A stretch of DNA of 64,000 nt from Actinomycetota bacterium (GTDB taxonomy: Bacteria; Actinomycetota; Actinomycetes; S36-B12): assembly GCA_016870515.1 (NCBI GenBank), contig VGBL01000003.1:103430-167429 (forward strand), read 5' to 3'. The notes under the pieces are model-generated. The model was not told the DNA's origin. It saw only the letters and a program-made list of their open reading frames with translations, and searched no databases. Below, one piece after another: positions 1 through 10,206 of this stretch (position 1 is the stretch's first letter; the number at the start of each line of letters is the position of its first letter). A program made the translations under genes and the position numbers.

Positions 1-475
1 CCGCACAATCCTCCCGGCACGTTGGCGCGAGGGGCAGTCGCGGAACGACCGCATCTCGCACCGTCGGCTCGAGATCGATGAGGTCTCCCTCGATCGCTGG
101 CGGGGCATCCTCGTCGTCCTCCAACGCCTCCACGCGATGTCCTCGCGCGTCCTGCGGCGGATAGACGAACAACTCCTGGATGTCCGCGTCCTCATCCCAT
201 TCGACCGGCTCGAGGCAGCGCGCGCACTCGGCACGAACCGTCACCCGAAGGCTTCCTGACACGAGAACCCCCTCCACCACCGACTCCAGCCTCAGGTCGA
301 GGTCGATGTCGGTGCCTTCGGGGACCTTGGCAAGCCCCGAGCCCAGGTCCACCGGAGCAGGGACGGTGCGGTGGAGCCTTTGCATGGCCCCGGCCCGCCG
401 CCCGAGGTCGCGAATGCTCACGACGAACGGGGCTCGGGGGTCGAGGGTGCTCAAGGCGCCTCCGGACTCCTGCAC
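1..475 (-). CDS. DUF177/YceD-family protein (3' end runs off the window start)
   Basis: Hand translation of the minus strand; absent from the ORF track because no stop lies in the window. Reads ...LDPRAPFVVSIRDLGRRAGAMQRLHRTVPAPVDLGSGLAKVPEGTDIDLDLRLESVVEGVLVSGSLRVTVRAECARCLEPVEWDEDADIQELFVYPP... The CxxC and acidic tail are typical of DUF177. GTG at 475-473 is the likely start. Confidence 0.7.
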   Translation of the reverse strand, partial: MQESGGALSTLDPRAPFVVSIRDLGRRAGAMQRLHRTVPAPVDLGSGLAKVPEGTDIDLDLRLESVVEGVLVSGSLRVTVRAECARCLEPVEWDEDADIQELFVYPPQDARGHRVEALEDDEDAPPAIEGDLIDLEPTVRDAVVPRLPLAPTCREDCA

Positions 476-548
476 GTGGACCCGGTCTTGCGACCGGCCG
501 TATAGAAGGATACGCCACGGGCGGGGGTCCCCGCCCCGGCGGGCCGCG

Positions 549-1034
549 CTACGAGGGAAGCGGCTGATCGTCCTCGATGTAGTCCTCCTCGACCTGGCCG
601 CGCAGTTTGTCGCGCCCGCGCTCCACGGCGGTGAGAGTCTTGTTGAGGGTGATCTCGAACGTGGCCAGGCGGGCGTCGATGTAGTCGTCGGTCTCCCGGC
701 GCATGCGGTACGTCTCTTCCTCGGTCTCGGCTCGCAGGGCCTCGGCCTCCGCCACGGCGACGAGGTAGATCTCATGCTGGGAGAGCATGCGCACCTGCTC
801 CTCGCGCGCCTCGGCGATCAGGCGTTGGGCCTCAAGGCGACCCTCGGCCACGACGGCCTCGCGCTCGGCGAGCAACTGGTCAGCGTCACTGAGCGAGCGG
901 GGCAGCGCGTCGCGAATATCCTCGATGACATCGAGCACCTGGGCACGATTGACCATGCAGGACGCCGACAGCGGAACGGCCTTGGCCTGCTCCACCATCT
1001 GCGCAAGCTCATCGAGTCTTTGATCGACATCCAC
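549..1034 (-). CDS. coiled-coil protein of unknown function (DivIVA / ATP-synthase-b-like)
   Basis: 161-aa ORF MDVDQRLDELAQMVEQAK..., rich in E/A/R/L heptads. It sits in the conserved slot between DUF177 and coaD. Family assignment is from memory only. Confidence 0.55.
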   Translation of the reverse strand: MDVDQRLDELAQMVEQAKAVPLSASCMVNRAQVLDVIEDIRDALPRSLSDADQLLAEREAVVAEGRLEAQRLIAEAREEQVRMLSQHEIYLVAVAEAEALRAETEEETYRMRRETDDYIDARLATFEITLNKTLTAVERGRDKLRGQVEEDYIEDDQPLPS

Positions 1035-1055
1035 GGCGTCTCCTTAGTTCCGGGC

Positions 1056-1538
1056 TCAGCCCTGGGCACCTAGTTTGGCCTGCAGCCGGGCGAGCACCGC
1101 ATCCGGGACCAGGCCCTCGACGCTGCCGCCGTGACGCGCAACCTCCTTGACCAGGCTGGACGACAGGTAGCTGTAGAGGGGGTTGGTGGAGACGAAGAGG
1201 GTCTCCACGCCACCGAGCCGGTAGTTCATCTGGGCCATCTGCAGCTCGTAGTCGAAGTCGCTGACCGCACGCAGGCCCTTGACGATGGCGTTGACGTTGC
1301 GGTGCTTGCAGTAGTCGACCAGCAGGCCGTAGAACGAGTCGACCTCGACGTTGGGCAGCGGAGCAACGACTTCGCGGAGGATCTCGATGCGCTCATCGAC
1401 AGAAAAGAGGCTGGACTTCGTCTTGTTAATGAGTACGGCCACGATGACCTTGTCGGCCAGGGCGGAGGCACGCGTGAACACATCAAGATGCCCGTTGGTC
1501 ACCGGATCAAAGGAGCCAGGACAGACGGCGACGCGCAT
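1056..1538 (-). CDS. coaD: phosphopantetheine adenylyltransferase
   Basis: MRVAVCPGSFDPVTNGHLDV... (T/HxGH nucleotidyltransferase motif). Start moved to the internal ATG at 1538. Confidence 0.9.
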   Translation of the reverse strand: MRVAVCPGSFDPVTNGHLDVFTRASALADKVIVAVLINKTKSSLFSVDERIEILREVVAPLPNVEVDSFYGLLVDYCKHRNVNAIVKGLRAVSDFDYELQMAQMNYRLGGVETLFVSTNPLYSYLSSSLVKEVARHGGSVEGLVPDAVLARLQAKLGAQG

Positions 1539-1568
1539 GGCCACCCGCCTCCGATCCCCCCACAAGGG

Positions 1569-2132
1569 CTAGCTGCCTAGGTGTCGACCGTACCAAAGCG
1601 CCGTGTCGCCGAAATCACGGCGACGCAACGCCTCCCACCCTTCCTCCGGCCAAGGCTGCTCATCGGAGCGCGAGTCGCGCTCGACCACGACGAGCGCATC
1701 AGGGGCAAGCCAGCCGTGGCCCCCGAGCGCCCCGAGGACGCCGCGCACGCTCGCCGACGTCACCGCATAGGGGGGATCGGCGAAGACCACGTCGAACGCC
1801 GCATCCGCGGCGCGCGCAACCCACGTCTCGACATCGGAGCAGGTCACCCGCGCGCCGGGCAGCGACAGGCCGGAGACATTGGCCTCGATCACGCGGACGC
1901 TCCCCCGATCACGCTCGACGAACGCCGCCCCTGCTGCACCGCGACTGAGAGCCTCGAGCCCGAGAGCGCCGGACCCGGCGTAGAGGTCGAGAACGCAAAC
2001 GCCGGACCAACCACCGAGCAGTGACTCGAGGGACGAGAAGAGCGACTCGCGGACGCGATCGGACGTTGGCCGCGTTCCACGGGCCGGCACTGACAGGCGG
2101 CGTCCGCCCGCCGAGCCTGCGATGATGCGCAT
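1569..2132 (-). CDS. rsmD: 16S rRNA (guanine966-N2)-methyltransferase
   Basis: MRIIAGSAGGRRL...RPTSDRVRESLF...LDLYAGSGALGLEALSRGA...FADPPY. Start set at ATG 2132, directly after the recG stop. Confidence 0.85.
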   Translation of the reverse strand: MRIIAGSAGGRRLSVPARGTRPTSDRVRESLFSSLESLLGGWSGVCVLDLYAGSGALGLEALSRGAAGAAFVERDRGSVRVIEANVSGLSLPGARVTCSDVETWVARAADAAFDVVFADPPYAVTSASVRGVLGALGGHGWLAPDALVVVERDSRSDEQPWPEEGWEALRRRDFGDTALWYGRHLGS

Positions 2133-2133
2133 G

Positions 2134-4362
2134 TCAGCCCTTCTCCAGGAAGTCGGACCTATCGTCGCTGGCGATGTCGGCGATGTGCGCACGCAGCGCC
2201 GGCCAGCGCGAGAGCCTCGGATCATCTTCCACGATCTGCGTTGCGGCATCTCGCGCCTCGAGGACCACATCCTCATCGCGGATCACCTCCAGCAGCCGAA
2301 GCGAGGAGCGGCGACCGGACTGCAGGGTGCCGAGGATGTCGCCCTCGCGGCGCGCCTGCAGGTCAACCCGAGCGAGCGCGAAGCCGTCGGTCGTGGCGGC
2401 CACGGCTGACAGGCGCTCGCGGGCCGGGGTGTCGGGATCTGCGGCCGTGACGAGGAGGCACAGGCCGTCCTCGCCGCCTCTGGCGATTCGACCGCGCAAC
2501 TGATGGAGTTGGGAGATGCCAAAGCGATCGGCATCGAGGACGACCATCGTCGATGCCGACGGCACGTCGACCCCGACTTCGATCACGGTCGTGGCCACGA
2601 GTACGTCGAGGGCGTCGGGATCATCGTGGGGCGCAGCCAGCCGGCGCATCGCCTCGTCCTTGTTGTCGGCGCTCATGCGCCCATAGACCATACCGACGCG
2701 CAGATCGGGAAGAAAGCGCTCACTGAGTTCGGCCGTGACGTCGAGCACGGCAGACACGGGGTGAGTCTCGGGCTCGACAGACCCGATGTCCTCATCGCCG
2801 AGGTCGGCCCCGTCATCGCCGATACGCGGGCACACGACGAAGACCTTGCGCCCGGCGGCCACCTCCTCGCGCACCCGCTGCCATGCGCGCGTCAGGTGCG
2901 CCGGATGCTCGCGCGGCGCCACCACATGAGTGGCGATCGTGCCGCGTCCGGGCGGATAGCCGTCGATGACACTCACATCGAGGTCGCCGAAGACGGTCAT
3001 CGCGACCGTCCTCGGGATCGGGGTGGCGGTCATCACGAGCACATGCGGGCGCAGACCGTCGCCTGCCCGCTCAGCGAGGGCCGCCCGCTGCTCCACGCCG
3101 AATCGATGCTGCTCATCGACGACCACCAGCCCCAGATCGGCGAACTCGACGGTGTCCTCCAGGAGCGCGTGGGTGCCGACGACGATGCCGGCCTCGCCGC
3201 TGGCGATCGCGGCGAGTTCCTCGCGGCGGACCTTGGCCGTCTGCGAGCCCGACAGGAAGGCCAGGCGCGTGCCCTGGTCGTCGCCGCCCAGAAGCCCGCC
3301 CTCGGCGAGGGGGCCGAGGAAGGCCTGGAGCGTGCGCAGGTGCTGCTGGGCGAGCACCTCAGTGGGGGCCAGCAGGGCCGCCTGCCCGCCCGCATCGACC
3401 ACCTGCAGCATCGCGCGCAGGGCGACCAGCGTCTTGCCGCTGCCGACATCGCCCTGCAGAAGTCGGTGCATCGGATGCGTCTGCTCCAGGTCGACGGAGA
3501 TCTCCTCGCCGACGCGCGACTGCGCAGGGGTGAGCTGCAGGTGCAATCGCGCGTCGAATGCCTCCAAGAGCCCGCCGGCACGACGTTCGCGCGCCTGCGC
3601 CGCCTGAGTGCGCATCTCGTGCCTGCGCTGGGCGAGCACCGCTTGGAGGCCGAAGGCCTCCTCGAACCGCAGCCGACGCTGGCCGAGCTCGATCGACTCG
3701 CGATCCGGCGGGCGATGCACGGCGCGCAGCGCATCGGCGAAGCTCAGCAGGCCGTGACGCATGCGCACGGCGGGGGGTAGCGGGTCATTGGCGTCGGAGC
3801 CCGACAGGGGCGGCTCCGTCGACCCGCCGGGCCAGACCGCGTCGAGAGCCAGGCGCACGGCCTGCTGGATCCGCCAGCTCGGGAGCCCGGCCGTCGACGG
3901 ATACACCGGGATGATCAGGTCGGCGAACGCCGCCTCTCCCTCGGCGTCCGCCTCTCCCGCATCGGGCAGCATGACGAACCGCGGGTGCGCCAGCTGGCGC
4001 GTGCCGCCGTAGGCGGAGACGGTGCCGGCGAAGAGGCCGCGACGTCCGGTGCGCAACTGGCTCTCGCTGCGCCAGGCCTGGTTGAAGAAGACCAGGCTGA
4101 TGCGGCCGCGACCGTCGGAGACCACGACTTCGGTCACCGTTCCCTTGCGCTGCTGCATGCGCCTGGTACCGGCCGAGACGACCTCGGCGAAGACGGTGGC
4201 GTGCTCACCGACCTGAAGCGAGGCGAGATCGGTGAGTTCGCCGGGGTCGATGTAGCGGCGCGGATAGTGGCGCAGTAGGTCGCCGACCGTGACGATCTGC
4301 AGGCCGTCGCGCAGGGCCTTGGCCGTCTTGCCCCCGGCCACCACCGACACGGGGGCCGACAT
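2134..4362 (-). CDS. recG: ATP-dependent DNA helicase RecG
   Basis: Walker A GDVGSGKT, DEQHRFG box and a wedge-domain N-terminus. The ORF-track N-terminal 94 aa are R/G-rich and overlap yloV, so the start is set at ATG 4362. Confidence 0.9.
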   Translation of the reverse strand: MSAPVSVVAGGKTAKALRDGLQIVTVGDLLRHYPRRYIDPGELTDLASLQVGEHATVFAEVVSAGTRRMQQRKGTVTEVVVSDGRGRISLVFFNQAWRSESQLRTGRRGLFAGTVSAYGGTRQLAHPRFVMLPDAGEADAEGEAAFADLIIPVYPSTAGLPSWRIQQAVRLALDAVWPGGSTEPPLSGSDANDPLPPAVRMRHGLLSFADALRAVHRPPDRESIELGQRRLRFEEAFGLQAVLAQRRHEMRTQAAQARERRAGGLLEAFDARLHLQLTPAQSRVGEEISVDLEQTHPMHRLLQGDVGSGKTLVALRAMLQVVDAGGQAALLAPTEVLAQQHLRTLQAFLGPLAEGGLLGGDDQGTRLAFLSGSQTAKVRREELAAIASGEAGIVVGTHALLEDTVEFADLGLVVVDEQHRFGVEQRAALAERAGDGLRPHVLVMTATPIPRTVAMTVFGDLDVSVIDGYPPGRGTIATHVVAPREHPAHLTRAWQRVREEVAAGRKVFVVCPRIGDDGADLGDEDIGSVEPETHPVSAVLDVTAELSERFLPDLRVGMVYGRMSADNKDEAMRRLAAPHDDPDALDVLVATTVIEVGVDVPSASTMVVLDADRFGISQLHQLRGRIARGGEDGLCLLVTAADPDTPARERLSAVAATTDGFALARVDLQARREGDILGTLQSGRRSSLRLLEVIRDEDVVLEARDAATQIVEDDPRLSRWPALRAHIADIASDDRSDFLEKG

Positions 4363-4382
4363 CTCGACGGGCGCCACGGGGG

Positions 4383-6029
4383 CTACTCCACTCCCACGAT
4401 GAGCGGCCAGAGCGGCTGCCCGCCGGTCACCGACACCAGATCGAGCCCGGGGTGCTGCGCGGACAGCCAGTCCTCGAGGGAGTCGGCGAGGCTGGCCGCG
4501 GCATCCTCGCCCGTGACAAGTGTGACGAGTTCGCCTCCCGAGGACAGCAGACGCTCCAGCACCGCACGCGACACCGCATCGACGCTCGCGCCGATCTCGA
4601 CGATGTCGCCATCGGCCAGACCGAGGATGTCGCCTTCGCGGCACGACCCCGCCGACGTCATAGCCTCTCGCGACGCCACGGTGACGGCTCCGTAGCGCGT
4701 CGCCCCGGCAGCGCGGGTCATCGCCACGACATCGTCGTCGAACCGCGCGCCCGGGTCGTGCACGGCAACGGCCGCAAGGCTCTGCACGACCGAGCGCGTC
4801 GGGATGACGCAGACGCGCACGCCCGCTGCCCGCGCCTGCTCCGCCGCGGCCTCGGCAACCGCGAGCGTGTCGGAGTCGCTGGGCAGGAGGAGCACTTCGG
4901 CACTGTCAGCGCGCGTGATGCCGTCGAGGAGATCGGCCGTCGAAGGCCGGCGGCGCGGCTGTGCGGGCACGACGACAGCACCCTGCTCCTCGAGCAGAGT
5001 CGAGACACCGGGGCCATGCGCCACGGCAACGACCCGGCGACCGACACGCGCTTCCGCTGGCAGGGCACTCGGCAGGTAGGTGACGCGAATGCGGTGCACG
5101 CGCCCCAGGTCCAGCCCGGATTCGATGGCGGCACCCGCGTCGTGTACGTGGACATGCACGTTCCACAGACCGTCGGCCCCGGTGACCACAAGTGATTCGC
5201 CGAGTGCGTCGAGGCGCGTGCGCAACGCATCCGCCGACGCATCGTCGCCACCGAAGAGGTACATCACCTCGTAGGAGGTCTCACCGCCCGCGGCCGTGAC
5301 GGGCAGGCCGTGGGCGGCAGACAACGCGCGCGCAGCCACCGGTAGCTTGGCACGCACGCCGCGCCCGGGGCGGCGACGGCGTACGCCGGTCACGACGTCA
5401 AGGAGCGCGTCGTACACCACGACGAGTCCCTGGCCGCCAGCGTCGACGACGCCTGCATCGCGCAGCACCGGAAGGAGGTCGGGCGTCTGATCGAGCGCGA
5501 CGTGTGATGCTGCCACGGCGCTCTCGATCACGCCGACCAGGTCGTCACCGGCATGGCCTTCGGCGGCCTCAGCGGCCGCGCGCGCGACGGTGAGGATGGT
5601 TCCCTCCACCGGATGCGCGACCGCACCGTAGGCCTCATCGCATGCGCGACGCAGGCCCTGGCGCACGACGTCGCCGGTGAACGTCGCGGGCGCCTGCGCC
5701 AGCACCGAGGCAACACCGCGGATGATCTGGGCGAGAATGACCCCGGAGTTGCCGCGGGCCCCGAGCACAGCGCCTCGACCGAATGCCTCGGCGACCTCCG
5801 CGAGCTCCGGGACGGCCGCGGGGTGCGCCGCGTCGAAGACCTCGGCGATGCCCGCACAGGCGGACTCCAGGGTGAGGAACATGTTGGTGCCGGTGTCGCC
5901 GTCGGGGACAGGGAAGACGTTGAGGGCGTCGATGGCCGCCCGCTCCTCGCCGAGCGCTTGCAGGGAGGCCTCGGCCCATAGGCGGACCGACAGGGCGCTC
6001 AGCGGAGGCGCCGGGAGGCTCTCGCTCAC
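4383..6029 (-). CDS. DAK2 domain fusion protein (YloV family)
   Basis: DGDTGTNM Dak2 motif near the N-terminus, 548 aa, in the usual position upstream of recG. Confidence 0.85.
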   Translation of the reverse strand: MSESLPAPPLSALSVRLWAEASLQALGEERAAIDALNVFPVPDGDTGTNMFLTLESACAGIAEVFDAAHPAAVPELAEVAEAFGRGAVLGARGNSGVILAQIIRGVASVLAQAPATFTGDVVRQGLRRACDEAYGAVAHPVEGTILTVARAAAEAAEGHAGDDLVGVIESAVAASHVALDQTPDLLPVLRDAGVVDAGGQGLVVVYDALLDVVTGVRRRRPGRGVRAKLPVAARALSAAHGLPVTAAGGETSYEVMYLFGGDDASADALRTRLDALGESLVVTGADGLWNVHVHVHDAGAAIESGLDLGRVHRIRVTYLPSALPAEARVGRRVVAVAHGPGVSTLLEEQGAVVVPAQPRRRPSTADLLDGITRADSAEVLLLPSDSDTLAVAEAAAEQARAAGVRVCVIPTRSVVQSLAAVAVHDPGARFDDDVVAMTRAAGATRYGAVTVASREAMTSAGSCREGDILGLADGDIVEIGASVDAVSRAVLERLLSSGGELVTLVTGEDAAASLADSLEDWLSAQHPGLDLVSVTGGQPLWPLIVGVE

Positions 6030-6178
6030 GGTACTCCCCTCACCCGCTCATCGGCAGGATCACGCTATCGGCCCCGAGGGGCCGGCGGCCGCCCCGGTTT
6101 GAGCGGGCCATGGGACTTCGCTACCCTTATGCGGTTGCTCGGGCCTTCGGCCCGACGCGAAATCCCGAGGAGAGCACC

Positions 6179-6367
6179 GTGGCTGCCACCTGTGACGTTT
6201 GCGGCAAGGGGCCCGGATTCGGCAACAGCATCTCCCACTCGCACCGCCGCACCTCGCGCCGCTGGAACCCCAACATCCAGTCGGTCCGCGCGATCGCGGG
6301 TCGCACCACCAAGCGCCTCAACGTCTGCACCTCCTGCCTCAAGGCCGGGAAGGTCACCCGCACCTAG
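6179..6367 (+). CDS. rpmB: 50S ribosomal protein L28
   Basis: [34 protein letters not shown]... GTG 6179 is preceded by GAGGAGAG. The ORF-track ATG at 6110 is an over-extension. Confidence 0.9.
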   Translation: MAATCDVCGKGPGFGNSISHSHRRTSRRWNPNIQSVRAIAGRTTKRLNVCTSCLKAGKVTRT

Positions 6368-7338
6368 CTGCGGAAGTGCTCGAAGCCGGGCATGAACGCC
6401 GGCGCTCGCCCGTCAACGCTGACCACGGGACCATCCGGGTCGCACTTGGCCGCTTTCCCGATCGCCGTGAATCCCTCGGGCAACGTCGCACCTTTCGCGA
6501 AAGCCCCCAGCAGCGCGTGATCGTCTCCACCGCCCAGCACCCAGGTGAGGGGGTCCAGGTTGTACGCCGCCGCCGTCGACACCAGCACCTCATCGACGGG
6601 GATCACCGCCGAATCGAGGTCGATGCTCACACCCGATGCCTTCGCAAGGCGTCCCGCGTCGAGGAGCAGTCCATCGCTCACGTCCATGAGCGCGTGGGCG
6701 CCACTTTTGGCCGCGCGAATCCCCGCTGTGTAGTCGGGCTCGGGGCGACGATGCGCGTCAACGAGCGCACGCGGCGACCGGAAGCCACGCGACAGGACGG
6801 CAAGCCCTGCGGCAGCGCAGCCCAGCCTCCCAGATACGGCCATCACGTCGCCGGCTCTAGCACCGCTGCGCAACACCGGCTCGCGATCCTCCAGGTCGCC
6901 CATGGCCGTGACCGATACAAAGATGACATCAGCGCGGACCACGTCGCCGCCGGCGAGTGCTGCGCCTACCCGACCGGCCTCCGCGAGAACACCGGCCAGG
7001 AAGCCATCTACCCAGGCCACCTCTGTCTCCGGAGGAAGCGCCAGGCCGATGACCAGACCGGTGGGCCGCGCGCCCATCGCGGCGATGTCCGCAAGGTTTT
7101 CGGCGACGGCCTTCACTCCGATGTCCTCGGCACTGGACCAGTCGCGGCGGAAGTGTCGAGACTCGACGAGCACGTCGGTGGTAACGACGACTCGGCCATC
7201 GGGGGCGGCCAGTACAGCCGCATCGTCACCGGCGCCGACGACGACCACACCTTTGCGCGGGCCCTTGACTGCCCGCGTGGCAGCGATGATGCGGTCGACG
7301 AGTGCGATCTCGCCGAGTCCGCCCACCGTCTGCGCCAT
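6364..7338 (-). CDS. thiL: thiamine-monophosphate kinase
   Basis: [17 protein letters not shown]...GDDAAVL...[15 protein letters not shown]...[12 protein letters not shown], the AIR-synthase-like fold of ThiL. Confidence 0.85.
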   Translation of the reverse strand: MAQTVGGLGEIALVDRIIAATRAVKGPRKGVVVVGAGDDAAVLAAPDGRVVVTTDVLVESRHFRRDWSSAEDIGVKAVAENLADIAAMGARPTGLVIGLALPPETEVAWVDGFLAGVLAEAGRVGAALAGGDVVRADVIFVSVTAMGDLEDREPVLRSGARAGDVMAVSGRLGCAAAGLAVLSRGFRSPRALVDAHRRPEPDYTAGIRAAKSGAHALMDVSDGLLLDAGRLAKASGVSIDLDSAVIPVDEVLVSTAAAYNLDPLTWVLGGGDDHALLGAFAKGATLPEGFTAIGKAAKCDPDGPVVSVDGRAPAFMPGFEHFRS

Positions 7339-7410
7339 TCTTCTCGCCCTCCGCACCCGATCCTGCGGGCGCTACGCTCGATCCACCCACCCGAAGGAGG
7401 ACCTTTACAC

Positions 7411-7872
7411 GTGAACGTACACAGTGAGCGTGCGCACAGGCCGCGCATGACACGGCTCGTCGCCGTCTCCCTGTGCGCCCTCGCCCTCATCTGCGCCTGC
7501 GGGCGACAGGTGGCGGTAGCTTGGCCCGAGAGCCCGGCCCCGGCATGTGCGGGCCTGGCACTCCCGGAGACCGTCGCCGGCGGCGCCCTGCGCCCCACAG
7601 GGCCTGACGGCACGGCCGCCTGGGGCGAGCCGCCGATCACCTGGCGCTGCGGGGTGCCTCGACCGGCCGCCCTCCAGCCGACGTCGAAGCTGCTCGAGGT
7701 CGGCGGCGTTGCCTGGCTGCCGATCGAGGGCTCGGGCGGATCGGCGTTCATCGCCGTGAACTGGCCCACCCAGTCCGACCCGATCTATGTCGAGGTGATC
7801 GTGCCGGACACCTACGACAACCCCGGCAGCGTCCTGCTCGACCTCTCGCCGTCTTTGGTCACCCAAGCCTGA
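7411..7872 (+). CDS. DUF3515 membrane-anchored/lipoprotein-like protein
   Basis: Only the last ~150 codons of the 557-aa antisense ORF are real. GAAGGAGG (7393-7400) precedes GTG 7411; ATG 7447 is an alternative start. Hydrophobic anchor LVAVSLCALALICACG, then ...AAWGEPPITWRCGV...IYVEVIVPDTY, typical of DUF3515 between thiL and ddl. Confidence 0.7.
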   Translation: MNVHSERAHRPRMTRLVAVSLCALALICACGRQVAVAWPESPAPACAGLALPETVAGGALRPTGPDGTAAWGEPPITWRCGVPRPAALQPTSKLLEVGGVAWLPIEGSGGSAFIAVNWPTQSDPIYVEVIVPDTYDNPGSVLLDLSPSLVTQA

Positions 7873-7875
7873 TCG

Positions 7876-7935
7876 CCGAGTGTGCAGTTGTGCCCGACTG
7901 CCCCCCTAGGCGACGCGCAACGCCTGCACACTCGG
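7876..7935. terminator. long hairpin between convergent DUF3515 gene and ddl
   Basis: Perfect 12-bp arms CCGAGTGTGCAG (7876-7887) and CTGCACACTCGG (7924-7935), with further imperfect pairing inside. No clear U-tract. Confidence 0.4.
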
Positions 7936-7958
7936 GGTAGGGAAGGGGGAGCGGGTGG

Positions 7959-9098
7959 CTAGCGCAAGCCGGTGCCCTTGCGCACGGCATCGTCGATCAG
8001 TCGGTCGACAAGCTCGTGGTAGCCGATGCCAGAGGCACCCCACATGCGCGGATACATCGAGATGGGCGTGAAGCCAGGCATCGTGTTGACCTCGTTGAGC
8101 AGGACGTCGTCACCGGTCACGAAGAAGTCGACTCGCGCCAGGCCCTCGCAATCGAGGGCATCAAACGCGCGGACCGCGAGTTCTCGCACCCGCTCCTCCA
8201 CCACCGGATCCAGCTGCGCGGGCACGATAAGTTCGGCTCCGTCGTCGAGGTATTTAGCCTCGAAGTCGTAGAAGTCGTGATCAGGGTGGACGATGATCTC
8301 CGCGCAGCGGCTCGCCTGGGGAGCGCCTGACGGATCAGCGAGTACGCCGCACTCGATCTCACGCGCGCCCTCGATAGCCGCCTCCGCGATCACGCGGGGA
8401 TCCCACGAGTGCGCCTCGCGCACGGCCGCCTCGAGCGCGGTCGGATCCGACACCCTGCTGATGCCCACGGATGAGCCAGCTCGCGCCGGCTTGACGAAGA
8501 GCGGGAACCCCAGGGTGCTGATGCGGGCCAGGCAGGCGGTCGGATCGGCAGCCCACTCGCGCGACGTCACAAGCTGCCACGGCCCCACGGGGATGGCCGC
8601 GTGCGCAAGCATCGCCTTCATGTGGCCCTTGTCCATGGCCACGGCGGAGGCGAAAACCCCTGATCCGACGAAGGAGATGCCCGCCATCTCCAGCAGACCC
8701 TGGATCGTGCCGTCCTCCCCCCACGGACCATGCAGCACGGGGAAGACCACGTCGACCCCGCGCAGCACCTCAGCGGGAAGGGCTTCGCGCTGGCCCACCG
8801 GCTCCGGCAGCAGGGCCACCGGTTGACCACTGTCGACGACGACGGGCAGCTGGCCGTCTGTCGCGTCGAGCGCGGCCGGGTCGGCGGGCACGCGCACCCA
8901 CCGGCCATCGGGCAGGATCCCCACGGCGGTGATGTCGTAACGGGCTGGATCGAGTGCACGCAGGATTCCTGCCGCACTCACGCACGAGATCGAGTGCTCG
9001 CTGCTGCGTCCACCGAAGAGCACGAGGACGCGTCGACGCGGGCTGTGCTCCACGGAGGTGACGTTAGCCGTCGACCCTCGCGCTAGGGTCATCGCCAT
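7959..9098 (-). CDS. ddl: D-alanine--D-alanine ligase
   Basis: RRRVLVLFGGRSSEHSISCVSA... and an ATP-grasp C-terminal half. The start is ambiguous: ATG 9098/9092 or GTG 9053 (VEHSPRRRVLV...). Confidence 0.88.
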   Translation of the reverse strand: MAMTLARGSTANVTSVEHSPRRRVLVLFGGRSSEHSISCVSAAGILRALDPARYDITAVGILPDGRWVRVPADPAALDATDGQLPVVVDSGQPVALLPEPVGQREALPAEVLRGVDVVFPVLHGPWGEDGTIQGLLEMAGISFVGSGVFASAVAMDKGHMKAMLAHAAIPVGPWQLVTSREWAADPTACLARISTLGFPLFVKPARAGSSVGISRVSDPTALEAAVREAHSWDPRVIAEAAIEGAREIECGVLADPSGAPQASRCAEIIVHPDHDFYDFEAKYLDDGAELIVPAQLDPVVEERVRELAVRAFDALDCEGLARVDFFVTGDDVLLNEVNTMPGFTPISMYPRMWGASGIGYHELVDRLIDDAVRKGTGLR

Positions 9099-10206
9099 GC
9101 CGGACGACTCCTGGGCGGTCGAGACGCGCCTTGTCCACGACGGGCGGCCCGCTCCCACGCCGGGAGCGCCGCTCAACCAGCCCGTCGAACTCGCCTCGAC
9201 CTATTACGCGGGTGGCGAGACCGAGTATGCGCGCGACGGCACCCGCGGCATGTGGGCCCTCGAAGAAGCTGTCGGGCCCCTCGAGGGCGGCGGAGCCGTG
9301 GCCTTCGCCTCGGGAATGGCAGCGGCCAACGCCATCCTCGACCTGTTACCTGCTGGTGCAACCGTCGTCGCTGCGCGCTTCACCTACACCGGCGTGGCGG
9401 CACGCCTGCGCGAACTGGATGCGGTCGGTCGCATCCGGCTTCGCACCGTGGACATTGCCGACACCGACGCGATCGTGAAGGCCGTGCCGGGCGCTGATGT
9501 CGTATGGGTGGAGTCGCCCACCAACCCCGTGCTCGAGATCGCCGACATTCGGGCGATCGCCGCCGCGGCGCACTCCGTCGGTGCGCTCGTCGTCTGCGAC
9601 AACACCTTCGCCACCCCGCTGGGACAGCAGCCGCTGGAGTTGGGCGCTGATGTCGTGCTGCACAGCGCGACCAAGGCCATCGGGGGCCACTCCGACTGCC
9701 TACTCGGGATCGTCGTCACCGTCGACCCCGGCCGACTCGATGCCCTACGTCTGCGGCGCACGCTCCTCGGCGCGACTCCCGGTGCGCTCGAGTGCTACCT
9801 CGTGTTGCGGGGCCTGCGCACGCTGGCGCTACGCCACCAGCGCTCCCAGGCGTCGGCCCTGGAGATCGCCAACAAGCTCGTCGGGCACCCCGCCGTCGAC
9901 CGCGTGCGCTATCCGGGGCTGGCTGACGATCCCGGCCACGACCTCGCGAGTGCGCAGATGACCGGCCCCGGGAGCCTGATCTCGATCGAGGTACGCGGTG
10001 GCGCCGATGCCGCGCAAGCCGCCGCCGAACGCACCCGACTGTGGGTGCATGCCACCAGCCTGGGCGGAGTCGAGTCATTGCTCGAACGCCGACGCCGCTG
10101 GGCGCTGGAAAACCCACTCGTGCCCGAATCACTGTTGCGGCTGTCGGTCGGCATCGAGGACCCGGCCGACCTGTGGGCCGACCTCGACCGCGCACTGCGC
10201 GGCTAG
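9097..10206 (+). CDS. PLP-dependent Cys/Met-metabolism enzyme (cystathionine gamma-synthase/lyase family)
   Basis: MPDDSWAVETRLVH...ASTYY...NPVLEIADI...DNTFATP...HSATKAIGGHSD (PLP lysine). Start set at ATG 9097 rather than GTG 9058. Confidence 0.8.
   Translation: MPDDSWAVETRLVHDGRPAPTPGAPLNQPVELASTYYAGGETEYARDGTRGMWALEEAVGPLEGGGAVAFASGMAAANAILDLLPAGATVVAARFTYTGVAARLRELDAVGRIRLRTVDIADTDAIVKAVPGADVVWVESPTNPVLEIADIRAIAAAAHSVGALVVCDNTFATPLGQQPLELGADVVLHSATKAIGGHSDCLLGIVVTVDPGRLDALRLRRTLLGATPGALECYLVLRGLRTLALRHQRSQASALEIANKLVGHPAVDRVRYPGLADDPGHDLASAQMTGPGSLISIEVRGGADAAQAAAERTRLWVHATSLGGVESLLERRRRWALENPLVPESLLRLSVGIEDPADLWADLDRALRG

Noticed and set aside
2134-4644. Long N-terminal extensions in the ORF track for recG, gpsA (to 11489), cimA (to 20667), leuA (from 23334), ligA (to 47027), mnmA (to 49185) and glgX (from 57108)
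   Set aside because: The extensions are R/P/G-rich and overlap neighbouring genes. They also precede internal starts that have SD-like sequences or ATGA/GTGA coupling and canonical family N-termini.
6060-6178. GC hairpins (GGGGCCGGCGGCCGCCCC and CGGGCCTTCGGCCCG) upstream of rpmB as a possible ribosomal-protein leader or riboswitch
   Set aside because: These are short GC stems of a kind expected by chance at this GC content. I know of no L28 leader motif, and no conservation information is available.
6199-7872. 557-aa plus-strand ORF covering the thiL region
   Set aside because: It is antisense to a well-supported thiL, and its translation is R/H/G-rich with poor GC3. Only its last ~150 codons (the DUF3515 protein) are credible.
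9096-9099. Divergent genes whose ATG starts overlap on a CATG palindrome (ddl/PLP enzyme here; plsC/cofC at 11993-11996)
   Set aside because: This is most likely a by-product of choosing the longest ORFs. Better-supported internal starts (GTG 9053 for ddl, GTG 11893 with GGGAG for plsC) restore normal divergent spacers.
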